Shown: positions 26,198 to 35,887, counted from the first letter of the stretch. The stretch: 43,751 nucleotides of DNA from an uncultured Mycoplasmatota bacterium (GCA_947650775.1 CANSWQ010000001.1:1-43751), one strand, 5' to 3'. The notes: generated by a model from the sequence alone, not told the origin. Program-made: numbers and translations.

Positions 26198-26288
26198 TAG
26201 AGGGGTTTGGGGTTACTCCCAACAAGCGAAAATGTTAGGAGTACATTTTCAGTGCTTGCTAAGACTAAGTTTTGTCTTTTGACAAAAC
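26198..26288. other. GC-enriched multi-hairpin non-coding block (candidate oriT, single-strand origin or RNA element)
   Basis: It begins with the motif TAGAGGGGTTTGGGGTTACTCCCAAC. It then has an 8-bp hairpin GAAAATGT/ACATTTTC flanked by AAGC/GCTT, and an 8-bp hairpin GTTTTGTC/GACAAAAC. Confidence 0.4.
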
Positions 26289-26309
26289 ACTTTATTTTAA
26301 CAATTAATA

Positions 26310-27269
26310 CTATCTATCATTTAAAACATTACTTTTAATTGATTGTTTAATATAATTACACAAAAAATCATTAACGTCTTTACAGTTTTGAGGTTTACTA
26401 TCAACAATTTCATAACTATCTGACAAAGAATATTGAATAGCTTTAGAGGCAAGTATTCCAGCAACATCATTATCAAAATGAAGATAAATTTTATTAATAT
26501 TAGGACTGTTTTGAAGAAAATTAGACAAAGTTTTTGGAGTCTTACTATTTTTTAAATCTCTAGCAGGTTGATAAATTCCTGCTAAAGACAACAAGTTATA
26601 ATCTTTCCAATCTTCATTTTTAAGCTCAATTAAAGTTGCATACGATAATAAATCAATAGCACTCTCAAACAAATGAATACTATTACTGTTATTATTTAAT
26701 GCTAACTTAAAAGAATAATTTTTGTCACTTCCCTCAGCTTCATACATAAATCTACTAGAGTTTGTTGCTCTCAAGCCTGCATATTTCGGTTTATTTTCAT
26801 TATCATATCCAACGAAAACAACGTTATTTCTTATATCTTGATAAATGAGATTATTATTAATACAATAGTAAATAATTTTTTTACTAATACCTCTGCTTAT
26901 CAAATAATCAATAACTTTATTATTACTCAATGATTTTAATGGCAAAACTAAGTTAGTTACTCTTTCATTCTTAGCTAACGCATTATTAGAACTTCTCTTT
27001 TCTGTTCCTTTCTCATTTAATAAGTGTGCAACAGCATCAGTAAAAGTAAAATTCTCAACGTGAATTAAATAATCCAAAGCCGATTTTCCCCCGATACCGC
27101 GACTAAACCAATACCACATACCATTGTTTATTTTTAAACTATCATGTGTTCTTGTATGATAAGTATCTTTAGAATCATAAACAAGCTCTTCTCTATTATT
27201 ATTTTTAAGATAAGTTAAAAGGTCTAGCTCTCTAGCTCTTGCTATTTGTTTGTCGCTAAAATAAGGCAT
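26310..27269 (-). CDS. DUF3991/Toprim-domain conjugative primase-like protein
   Basis: The N-terminus is DLLTYLKNN...WYWFSRGIGGKSALDYLIHV. The Toprim acidic motifs are LFESAIDLLSY and LHFDNDVAG. Confidence 0.85.
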   Translation of the reverse strand: MPYFSDKQIARARELDLLTYLKNNNREELVYDSKDTYHTRTHDSLKINNGMWYWFSRGIGGKSALDYLIHVENFTFTDAVAHLLNEKGTEKRSSNNALAKNERVTNLVLPLKSLSNNKVIDYLISRGISKKIIYYCINNNLIYQDIRNNVVFVGYDNENKPKYAGLRATNSSRFMYEAEGSDKNYSFKLALNNNSNSIHLFESAIDLLSYATLIELKNEDWKDYNLLSLAGIYQPARDLKNSKTPKTLSNFLQNSPNINKIYLHFDNDVAGILASKAIQYSLSDSYEIVDSKPQNCKDVNDFLCNYIKQSIKSNVLNDR

Positions 27270-27481
27270 TATCTTTCAAAATCCTTTTTTGATTTAGAGA
27301 GATTTTTATTTTTAAATCTTGAATTGTGTATTTTTTCAAGCTCCTTTGACCTTTTTATAATATACTCTACTATTCTATCACTGTACGCACATTCATTAAG
27401 TCGATTAATATAACTTAAATAATCCAAACACTTAGTATTAATATCTTTAATTAAATATTTCACTTTTCTATCATTTTTCAT
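27269..27481 (-). CDS. Hypothetical small protein
   Basis: It is a coupled ORF between conserved ICE genes. Confidence 0.5.
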   Translation of the reverse strand: MKNDRKVKYLIKDINTKCLDYLSYINRLNECAYSDRIVEYIIKRSKELEKIHNSRFKNKNLSKSKKDFER

Positions 27482-27822
27482 CTTGTATTTCTTCCTTTTT
27501 TAATATTATCAAGATAATCATTTTCTAATGAGTCGAGACTATTTGTAACACTTTCTTTTAAGGTATCAAAAAGATAACCATCTGTTTTTATCCATTCTTG
27601 ATACAAATAATCCAAAGCATTTTCTCTATACAATAGTGCTCTTAGCTTGCTCATATCGTTATAATCACAACTATAAAAATCATTAACTATTTCATTTTTT
27701 ATAGTTATCTCATATGCACAATCTATAATGACACTAGGATTTAGTTTTTTAATAGATTCTTTAAATCTTGTATTTTCAGTATCCAATTTTTTATAAACTT
27801 TATTTATTAAATTTTCTTGCAT
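27478..27822 (-). CDS. DUF3848-like ICE protein
   Basis: GGGAG lies 8 nt before the ATG at 27822. The pattern VYKKL...NPSVIIDCAYEITIKNEIV resembles DUF3848, from memory. Confidence 0.6.
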   Translation of the reverse strand: MQENLINKVYKKLDTENTRFKESIKKLNPSVIIDCAYEITIKNEIVNDFYSCDYNDMSKLRALLYRENALDYLYQEWIKTDGYLFDTLKESVTNSLDSLENDYLDNIKKGRNTR

Positions 27823-27866
27823 TATATATTCTCCCTTCATTAAAAAAGCACTTTTTAATAAGTACT

Positions 27867-28088
27867 CTATTTATCAACACGTAATAAAATATCTATGGAA
27901 ACAAATAATATTTTCGCAATCTTTTCTATTGTATCAAGTGTTGGTTCTTTTTTATAAAACCCACCTTCTAACTTTTTAATAAAATCTTTATTTCTACCTA
28001 TCATTAAAGACAACTGCTCTTGACTTATATTTCTTAATTCTCGATAATACTTTATCCTAGAGATTAATATGTTTTTATAATTATTCAC
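27867..28088 (-). CDS. Small XRE-family HTH protein
   Basis: It contains RIKYYRELRNISQEQLSLMIGRNKDFIKKLE. The likely GTG start at 28088 follows GAAGGAG and overlaps the upstream stop (GTGAATAA). Confidence 0.75.
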   Translation of the reverse strand: MNNYKNILISRIKYYRELRNISQEQLSLMIGRNKDFIKKLEGGFYKKEPTLDTIEKIAKILFVSIDILLRVDK

Positions 28089-28362
28089 GTTCTGCTTCTC
28101 CTTCAAAATCACCAAAAATAAGCTTAGTTACAAAATCTTCTTTAACAACTAATTGATTTAATTTAATATCTAATAATTCTGCAATACACATTGCAGTCCA
28201 AGTATCTAACTCCCCCTCATAGTTTAAATGTTCTAAATTATAGATAAAATCTTTATCTTTACCCAGTTTTAAAGATAATTCTTCGCAAGATATATTTCTC
28301 TTAGTTCTATAAAATATAAGATTTATTGCAAAAACTATTTTAAATTCTTCCATGCTCATCAT
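28081..28362 (-). CDS. Small XRE-family HTH protein
   Basis: It contains LIFYRTKRNISCEELSLKLGKDKDFIYNLE and is a tandem paralog of the downstream gene. Confidence 0.75.
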   Translation of the reverse strand: MMSMEEFKIVFAINLIFYRTKRNISCEELSLKLGKDKDFIYNLEHLNYEGELDTWTAMCIAELLDIKLNQLVVKEDFVTKLIFGDFEGEAERE

Positions 28363-28422
28363 AATTTTTCCTCCTTCAACTTACATTTTATATTAAACAT
28401 AAAAAAAATGCTAATGTGCGAA

Positions 28423-31400
28423 TTATCTTTCATAAGCCTTATTGTACTTTTGGCTTTCTACTTCAACATTATCATTAAAGTCAACGACTTCATTATCTTT
28501 CTCATTCATATTAAGTAAGATATTTACATCATCTAATCGTTTGGACTTTTCTTTTAATTCTTGCTCTTGTTTAAATGGCTTTTTACATTCTTCTTTAGCA
28601 TTTTTAAATTGTACTTTGACATTTTCTAGTTCAATTTCTTCTCTTTTTAAAGCAAAAGGCATCATATCTATTTCATTATTGATACGAGTAATATTACCTA
28701 AATTATCTTTACCAAGAATTACAGAATGTGTTAGTTCGTTTTTCAAATATATTTGAAAACCATCATAGTGGTAGTCAAGTTCCATAGTAAAACCTTTATA
28801 ACTTCCTATCTCTTGTTTTTCTGACTTTCTAATATTCTTACAAAGTTCGAGTATTTTGTCTCCTGCTTCTTTCTTATCAGTATATGTGATGCCTTTTATA
28901 ATCATACTTTGAAACTTTTCATTACTATTTGGAGTATTTTTTTCAGCAAGCTCTATATCTTTTTTATAGCCTTCTATTCGTGTTTCTAACCTTTTTATTT
29001 CATTAGGATAATACTTTACCACCTTATTTTCCATCTCATAAATTTGGCTCAAGTGATTCTGTTTTAAGAGTTTTAATTTTGCAACTTGGGTATCCAACTC
29101 TGTCTTTTCCATTATAAGTGGATTACCAGCAGCGAGTGCTTTAATCTGTGCATAATTAAGTGCAGACTCATCTATATCTTCAGCAACTCTAATTGGAGTT
29201 TTAGAAGTCATTATTTGTGAAATAAATCGTTGTTTATTCTCTACTAATTGATAAAGATATGCGTCAAAAGTCCCCTCTGTTACATAATTATAGATATATA
29301 CTTCTTTGTTTTTGTTACCTTGTCTTAATATTCTACCACTTCTTTGCGTAAGGTCAGCAGGTCGCCATGGGCAGTCTAAGTTATGAATTGATATTAATTT
29401 GTCTTGACAGTTTGTTCCTGCGCCCATCTTGCTTGTGCTGCCGAGCAAGATTCTTTTTATACCATATCTTACTTGTGAAAATAAAGTGTTCTTCTGTTTA
29501 TCTGTCTTAGCATTATGAATAAACTCGACTTCATCTTCTGGAACACTTAACTCTTGCAACTTTCTTTTTAACTCATCATATACATTAAATTTATCTTCAT
29601 TTGGTGTAGATAAATCACAAAAAACAAGTTGTGTAAGGTGTTCTTCTTTATGTTCTTGCCATATTCTATAAATATTATTAGCACATAACGACACTTTACT
29701 TTCTGGAGCATCTGGCAACATATCATTTATAAGTCTTTGGTCGAGTGCAAGTTTTCTTCCATCATTTGTTATTTTTAACATATTATCAGTTGATGAGTCA
29801 ACCTGTTTATTTCTAACCCTATCTGCTCTATTAGAAAGTTCTTTTACCATATCCTTTTGTATTTCAGTAGGCTTTGCTACTATTGTTTCATAGTGTGCTT
29901 CTGGTACTGGTAGGTTAAGCATATCAGCAGTTTGAATATCTGCCACTTCTTTAAACATAGCCATCAATTCTGGTAAGTTATAAAATTTAGCAAATCTAGT
30001 CTTGGCTCTGTAACCTGTTCCCTCTGGTGCAAGTTCGATAGCTGTTACTGTTTCACCAAAAGTAGAAGCCCACGAATCGAAGTGTTGCAAATTTCTTTTC
30101 TCCAATTCTGCATATTGTAAATACCTTTGCATAGTATAAAGCTCCGCCATACTATTTGATACTGGAGTTCCAGTTGCAAATACAACTCCTCTACCGCCAG
30201 TTAATTCATCCAAGTATCTACACTTCATAAACAAGTCACTAGATTTTTGTGCTTCTGTTTGTGCTATACCACCAACATTACGCATTTTCGTATAAAGGAA
30301 AAGATTTTTATAGTAGTGTGCTTCATCCACGAATATTTTATCTACTCCAAGTTCTTCAAAGGTAACAATATCATCTTTTCGACTTGCATCATTTAACTTT
30401 GCTAATTTTAACTCAAGACCTTTTTTTAACTTTACTAATTGTTTAATAGTAAAGTTTTCTCCATTGTGCGCTTTTAAGTCTTGTACTCCCATAGTTATAT
30501 CATCAATTTGGTTTTGTAATATTATTCTTTGTCTTTCAACCGATATTGGTATCTTCTCAAATTGACTATGAGAAATAATAACTGCATCATAATCTCCTGT
30601 GCTAATTCTTGAACAGAACTTTTTACGATTCGCCGTTTCAAAGTCTTTCTCAGTAGTAACTAAGATGTTAGCACATGGATAAAGTTGTAAAAATTCCGAA
30701 CTAAATTGCCCTACTATGTTATTCGGTACTACGAACATTGACTTATTACATAGTCCTAGTCGCTTTGATTCCATCGCGGCAGCGACCATTTCAAAAGTCT
30801 TGCCTGCTCCAACTTCGTGTGCTAATAGAGTGTTTGTATTTCCATAAAGGATTCTTGCTATGGCATTAACTTGGTGTGGTCGCAAAGTTATTTCTGGATT
30901 CATACCATGAAAACTAATATGAGACCCATTATATTCACGAGGTCGATTAGTATTAAATTTTTCATTATAGATTTTACTTAGTCTATCTCTACGCTCAATA
31001 TCACTCCATACCCATTCACAAAAAGCAGATTTTATTTGTTCTTGTTTGGCTTGAGCAATAGCAGTTTCTTTTTTATTTAACACTGGTACTTTTTTACCAT
31101 TTTCATCAACATGATAATCATATATCCTAACATCTTTTAAATTAAGCGCTTCTTCTATAATTTTATAAGCATTGATTCTACCTGTTCCATAAGTAGAATA
31201 TGCTTTTACATTTTCCTTATCACAATTCTTCCCCTCTACATTCCATTGGGCTGTGCTCTCCATAAAATGCACTTGTATTTTATCTTTAATATGTGGGGCA
31301 GGAGATAAAAGATAATCAATAAAATTATTTACAACATCTACTGGAAGCCAAGTAGCACCAAGTCTTACTGCTATTTCTTGTGGTTCTAAATCTTTTGGCA

Positions 31401-34400
31401 TCACATCTTCAAGACATTTTACATTGATATCGAACCTAGAATCATATTTTGCAAACTCTTTGGCTATCTTTAACTTCTCACGAATATTACCAGATAAATA
31501 CTCATCAGCTGTTACCCATATATTAGTGTTGCCATATTCTGGAACATTAAATATCACACCCTCTAAATCAGATAACATTCTCTCCATGTCAAGACCACAA
31601 AGCCTTTGCATAAATTCTAAATCAACTCTGGCTTTCTCAGAAATAGAAACAATTAAAGCTTCATTTGCAGTATCTACATTAGTCACTTTCCTATGTGGAA
31701 GTATTGTTCTTTTAGTAAATATATCTGCTTTTTTAAGAAGTTCTTTGTTCTCATCAAGTATTTCTAAAGAACATAGTAAATAAAAACTATTATCATTAGA
31801 AAAAGCAGAGGTATTCGCTCTGCCATTGATAAGTCCATATTTTTTAGTAAAACTATCATATAGTTTATTAAGTTTTACTTGTTCTTGTTTTATATCTTCT
31901 TCTGGGAAGTCCTCTGTTTGTAGTTCTAATAAATTTCTTACACACTCTCTTATTTCTATTAAACCCCTTATACGATTTTCAGTAATAAATGGCAATTCTT
32001 GTGGATACATTCTACTATTCTCACGATAATAGATTTTGTCATCTACTATGGTATATGAGAAGTTTTTAACATTATAATCAGCAGGAATGGACAAATCTTC
32101 TTCATCTTCCCCTATATTATCTATCTCATATTCTTTTATTTCAGCGTGTATATTAGATATAGCATTGTTGAGTTGTTCTTCTAGTGTTTTATCTTCTCTT
32201 GCTTCACAAGTAGAATCCATCCCAAATCTCGTAGATTCCATTTTCATATTACCACATATCATATGGGGGTTATCAATAAAATACCTGTTCATTTTGATAC
32301 CATTTTCATCAGTATCTAAATAAACCCAATCTGGCTCTATATCAGTTATTGAATCTCGCTTTTGCAAGAAGATAATATCAGAAGTAACTTTCGTTCCTGC
32401 ATTGTCTTTAAAAGTATTATTTGGAAGTCTTATTGCTCCTAGTAAATCAGCTCTTTGTGCTATATACTTTCTAACACTTTGGTTTTCTTTATCTAAAGTA
32501 CCTTTACTTGTTATAAAAGCAACAATTCCACCTGGTCTTACTTTGTCGAGAGTTTTTGCAAAGAAATAGTCGTGAATAAGAAAATTATGCTTATCGTATC
32601 TCTTATCTAATAATTTAAGACTATCAAATGGAACATTACCTATTGCCCCATCAAAAAAAGAATCTGGAAGTTCTGTATCTTCAAAGCCCTGTACTGCAAT
32701 AGAACTCGTTTGATATAATTGTCTAGCAATTCTACCGCTTATCGAATCTACTTCAATACCATACAACTTACAGTCTTTTAAAGTATCTGGTATCATACCT
32801 AAAAAGTTCCCAACCCCACAACTAGGCTCAAGTATATTTCCATCTTTCATGCCCATACTTTCCAATGCTTTATACATTGTACGAATAACTACTGGAGGCG
32901 TATAAAAAGAGGTTCTAGTAGAATCTCTTGCAGCTTTATACTCTTCTTCATCAAGAATGTTTTTTAATTGTACAAATTCATTAGCCCATGAATTATTATT
33001 TTCTTCAAATACTTGTGATAAACCACCCCAACCAATATACTGTGATAGTATTTTCTGTTCTCCTGGAGTAGCAAAACGATTTTCTTCTTCGCATTGTTTT
33101 AAGACTTTAATTGCTTCTATATTACGATTAAACTTTTCTCTATCACTGCCAACACCCAACAAGTCATCAGTAATATGGAAGTTATTTCTATCTTGATTTT
33201 TGATTTCTGGGTGTATATCAAAAGTAGTAACTCGTGTTCTTCGTTTTTTAGCAATATTAGGTATAATTGTTTCCTTTATCTGTTCTGCTTCTTTTTCAGC
33301 CAGTAAAGATAATACTTTGCTTAATTCTTCATTACGAAAAATAGGAAAACCTACACCATTTTGGAAAGCAACATCTTTAAGTGATACGACATCATTATTG
33401 ATACTATCAATATTGTACTCTCTATTGCCAATAGTTATATTTTTACCTATTAAATTTTTTTCAAGCTTTTCTTGTTCTATGACTCTTGTTTCATATTTCT
33501 TACGATACTCTTTTAATTTTTCTATATCGTGATTATTAACTTTATCTACTGTGCCTTTTTCGTTATATTCAAAAACTTGATTGAACAAGAAGTCATATAC
33601 TTCTATACCCTCCAAAATTAGGTCATTTTCATAATCATAGGTAACAATATTTTCATTAGAATTAAATGATACCTTAATGTCATCTAATTCATAAATAGAT
33701 AGAATATGCCCCACTAAATCTACTTCATCATCATACTCGCCGTACTCTTTTTGCTCTTCTTTTTCAAAAAAATAATCATTAAAATCATTACCATAATTTT
33801 TTACTCCATACTCAAGATAACCATTATAATTTATACTATCTTTGGTAATTATTACAAGATTATTTTTAGCTAAGTCGTTTTCAAAAACATAATTGCTAAA
33901 ATCTCTAACTGTAACATAGGCTTTTTCAACATCAGTTTTATTTAATGCTTCTTGAAACTTAATAAGGTCTGCTTGTGTAAATACTTCTTGTGTTATCCAA
34001 TATAAATCATCTCCCACAGACGAATAGTCTTTAAAACGCATATTGTTAGGTATTTGCTTTTCAAATTCTATATCGATAAATTCTTTAATTTCATTCTTAG
34101 TAGTAACTTCTACTTTTAAATGGTCGTTGCAAGGATTCTCTTTTACTTTTCTATTAAATTCCTCAAAAGAAAATTCTTGATTAAATAAAGGGTAATTATA
34201 ATCATATAATCTAACAATATTATTATCTATTTCAAGAATCTCAAACTTATCTGCTCCAATATAGACTTTATCTCCTATTTTGTATCTATAATCAAAAATA
34301 ACATCTTCTGTTTTTTCGGTTACAATACAAGGTGCTTGGTCACTATCATCGTAAAATCCTAGTTGTAAATTAGTTCTCTCGTTACTATCTCCTCTGCTAT

Positions 34401-35541
34401 CGCTTTCAAGTTGTTCATTAAGCCTACCCACTTCATCTGGTCTTTGACTTTCAATTCTTCTGTTATATTCTCTTTCTTCGCCATTTCCTCTATCATTTGT
34501 TCCACTCTCGTTTCGGCTATCTCTTGAACTTTCAGCAAGTGTTCTGTTAGAACATCTTCCATCAACATTATTTGATAATCTGTGAATTTGTTCTTTTTCA
34601 AATAATTCAGTCTCATTATTCCATATTTTCCTATTGCTGTCTGCCTTTTCATTTTCACCGCTATATTCGGTAACATTACCCCATTCATTTTTTTGTAAGT
34701 TATCATTTTTACTTCTCCTTTCATCTTCTTTAATATTATAAATGTCTTTGGTATTATTATCAAATGTGCAAACAGATTCTATTTCACCAATTCGTACATC
34801 TTCTAAGATAGCGTTTATTTCATGAAGAATATTTTTAGAAATATCATTAATAGCAGAACCAAGTACTGTTATAGTAGATAAATCTTGAAATAAATTGATA
34901 TTTTTAAAGTTATCAGATATAAAATAAGGTTTCAAATTATCTTTAAAGCGCTTCAATATAATTAAAGTAACACTATTAGTCAATAAACTTTTTAATTCTT
35001 CATCTATAATATCACGAGAAATAAATTGAAGTCTAGTATTTTCTGTATTTTTATACAGATTTGATAAATAATAATGATATTTATCTTCTAATGAAGCTTT
35101 TACTACATATTTTATATTATCAAAAATATTTTCACTAACTGAAAAAGTATACTTTTCAGCTAAAGTTGCAATAACTTGACTTTCAAATGCCTGTGGTATT
35201 TTCCAAACATCAAACTTAACACTATTATGTCTTCTTTTTCCTTGAGTATCAGATATATCAAAAACATATTTTAAATAAGAATAGCCATTGCTTTCTCTTA
35301 AAAGTGCAATTCCTTTAGAGTTAGCCTTAACCCTCCTGTTTAGTTTATTGTTCCAAGTGTCATAATCTGCACATAAAGTTGCACTTGGTTTCTGAGCATA
35401 AATCATTAACTGGTCAATGAAAGCATACTTATAATTCATAGCAGCACATTCCAAAAAAGCTTCAAAATTCAAAGTATTCTCTGTAATACTAATAGCTGCC
35501 TCTTTAAAGATGTCGGTGGCATTCTTCACAGTAGTAGCCAT
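28423..35541 (-). CDS. Polyvalent conjugative-element protein: ArdC-like N-domain, disordered linker, repeated small domains, N6-adenine DNA methyltransferase, SNF2/DEAD-like helicase, C-terminal coiled region
   Basis: The N-domain reads LMIYAQKPSATLCADYDTWNNKLNRRVKANSKGIALL. MTase motif I is LEPSCGVGNF (~32806-32830) and motif IV is GNVPF (~32625-32640). The helicase has AHEVGAGKTF (~30791-30820), DEAH (~30320-30331) and QRSGRILRQGN. Confidence 0.92.
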   Translation of the reverse strand: MATTVKNATDIFKEAAISITENTLNFEAFLECAAMNYKYAFIDQLMIYAQKPSATLCADYDTWNNKLNRRVKANSKGIALLRESNGYSYLKYVFDISDTQGKRRHNSVKFDVWKIPQAFESQVIATLAEKYTFSVSENIFDNIKYVVKASLEDKYHYYLSNLYKNTENTRLQFISRDIIDEELKSLLTNSVTLIILKRFKDNLKPYFISDNFKNINLFQDLSTITVLGSAINDISKNILHEINAILEDVRIGEIESVCTFDNNTKDIYNIKEDERRSKNDNLQKNEWGNVTEYSGENEKADSNRKIWNNETELFEKEQIHRLSNNVDGRCSNRTLAESSRDSRNESGTNDRGNGEEREYNRRIESQRPDEVGRLNEQLESDSRGDSNERTNLQLGFYDDSDQAPCIVTEKTEDVIFDYRYKIGDKVYIGADKFEILEIDNNIVRLYDYNYPLFNQEFSFEEFNRKVKENPCNDHLKVEVTTKNEIKEFIDIEFEKQIPNNMRFKDYSSVGDDLYWITQEVFTQADLIKFQEALNKTDVEKAYVTVRDFSNYVFENDLAKNNLVIITKDSINYNGYLEYGVKNYGNDFNDYFFEKEEQKEYGEYDDEVDLVGHILSIYELDDIKVSFNSNENIVTYDYENDLILEGIEVYDFLFNQVFEYNEKGTVDKVNNHDIEKLKEYRKKYETRVIEQEKLEKNLIGKNITIGNREYNIDSINNDVVSLKDVAFQNGVGFPIFRNEELSKVLSLLAEKEAEQIKETIIPNIAKKRRTRVTTFDIHPEIKNQDRNNFHITDDLLGVGSDREKFNRNIEAIKVLKQCEEENRFATPGEQKILSQYIGWGGLSQVFEENNNSWANEFVQLKNILDEEEYKAARDSTRTSFYTPPVVIRTMYKALESMGMKDGNILEPSCGVGNFLGMIPDTLKDCKLYGIEVDSISGRIARQLYQTSSIAVQGFEDTELPDSFFDGAIGNVPFDSLKLLDKRYDKHNFLIHDYFFAKTLDKVRPGGIVAFITSKGTLDKENQSVRKYIAQRADLLGAIRLPNNTFKDNAGTKVTSDIIFLQKRDSITDIEPDWVYLDTDENGIKMNRYFIDNPHMICGNMKMESTRFGMDSTCEAREDKTLEEQLNNAISNIHAEIKEYEIDNIGEDEEDLSIPADYNVKNFSYTIVDDKIYYRENSRMYPQELPFITENRIRGLIEIRECVRNLLELQTEDFPEEDIKQEQVKLNKLYDSFTKKYGLINGRANTSAFSNDNSFYLLCSLEILDENKELLKKADIFTKRTILPHRKVTNVDTANEALIVSISEKARVDLEFMQRLCGLDMERMLSDLEGVIFNVPEYGNTNIWVTADEYLSGNIREKLKIAKEFAKYDSRFDINVKCLEDVMPKDLEPQEIAVRLGATWLPVDVVNNFIDYLLSPAPHIKDKIQVHFMESTAQWNVEGKNCDKENVKAYSTYGTGRINAYKIIEEALNLKDVRIYDYHVDENGKKVPVLNKKETAIAQAKQEQIKSAFCEWVWSDIERRDRLSKIYNEKFNTNRPREYNGSHISFHGMNPEITLRPHQVNAIARILYGNTNTLLAHEVGAGKTFEMVAAAMESKRLGLCNKSMFVVPNNIVGQFSSEFLQLYPCANILVTTEKDFETANRKKFCSRISTGDYDAVIISHSQFEKIPISVERQRIILQNQIDDITMGVQDLKAHNGENFTIKQLVKLKKGLELKLAKLNDASRKDDIVTFEELGVDKIFVDEAHYYKNLFLYTKMRNVGGIAQTEAQKSSDLFMKCRYLDELTGGRGVVFATGTPVSNSMAELYTMQRYLQYAELEKRNLQHFDSWASTFGETVTAIELAPEGTGYRAKTRFAKFYNLPELMAMFKEVADIQTADMLNLPVPEAHYETIVAKPTEIQKDMVKELSNRADRVRNKQVDSSTDNMLKITNDGRKLALDQRLINDMLPDAPESKVSLCANNIYRIWQEHKEEHLTQLVFCDLSTPNEDKFNVYDELKRKLQELSVPEDEVEFIHNAKTDKQKNTLFSQVRYGIKRILLGSTSKMGAGTNCQDKLISIHNLDCPWRPADLTQRSGRILRQGNKNKEVYIYNYVTEGTFDAYLYQLVENKQRFISQIMTSKTPIRVAEDIDESALNYAQIKALAAGNPLIMEKTELDTQVAKLKLLKQNHLSQIYEMENKVVKYYPNEIKRLETRIEGYKKDIELAEKNTPNSNEKFQSMIIKGITYTDKKEAGDKILELCKNIRKSEKQEIGSYKGFTMELDYHYDGFQIYLKNELTHSVILGKDNLGNITRINNEIDMMPFALKREEIELENVKVQFKNAKEECKKPFKQEQELKEKSKRLDDVNILLNMNEKDNEVVDFNDNVEVESQKYNKAYER
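34359..34706 (-). CDS. tnpV: TnpV-family protein gene nested in an alternative frame of the polyvalent ORF
   Basis: AAAGGAG lies 8 nt upstream of the ATG at 34706. The 115-aa product MITYKKMNGVMLPN...IGKYGIMRLNYLKKN...ITEELKVKDQMKWVGLMNN...EIVTRELIYN matches the TnpV pattern end to end, from memory. Confidence 0.7.
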   Translation of the reverse strand: MITYKKMNGVMLPNIAVKMKRQTAIGKYGIMRLNYLKKNKFTDYQIMLMEDVLTEHLLKVQEIAETRVEQMIEEMAKKENITEELKVKDQMKWVGLMNNLKAIAEEIVTRELIYN

Positions 35542-35565
35542 ATCTCATCTCCTTTTTATTTCTTA

Positions 35566-35886
35566 TTATTCATTTTTTGAATCTTTATTTAATAAAATAG
35601 AATAATAATCTTCATCATTATTCTTTTCAGATAGTAATAACAATTGCCAAATCATATCAGCTGCCTCGCTATGAAAAAATCTTACATCAACAAATTCTAC
35701 ATCATCCGCGCTTAATCTAGGTACAGAATATTTTAATAATTTATCTTTAAGCCTACTTGCTATAACAGATAGATTCTCCTCAGCTACATTTTGATTAATA
35801 TTAAAATCTAAAGCATTTATCAATTGGTTAAATAATGCCTTATCTAGTGTTAATTTAATTCCAGGAGTCCTTTTTTGAAACGACAT
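35566..35886 (-). CDS. Hypothetical protein
   Basis: It is a 106-aa ORF coupled to ssb, with no recognised motif. Confidence 0.6.
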   Translation of the reverse strand: MSFQKRTPGIKLTLDKALFNQLINALDFNINQNVAEENLSVIASRLKDKLLKYSVPRLSADDVEFVDVRFFHSEAADMIWQLLLLSEKNNDEDYYSILLNKDSKNE

Positions 35887-35887
35887 T

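Noticed and set aside
26201-26214. GGGGTTTGGGG, considered as a G-quadruplex or telomere-like repeat
   Set aside because: There are only two G-tracts per copy, which is too few for an intramolecular quadruplex. It is more simply explained as part of a hairpin or recognition motif.
28442-33532. Six plus-strand ORFs of 67-119 aa (28442-28756, 31424-31783, 31826-32029, 32087-32323, 32957-33196, 33200-33532) antisense to the polyvalent gene
   Set aside because: They are S/L/F/I-rich with no SD sequences and no recognisable motifs. This is the typical open antisense frame of a long AT-rich coding region. The minus-strand gene carries unambiguous MTase and helicase motifs across the same DNA.
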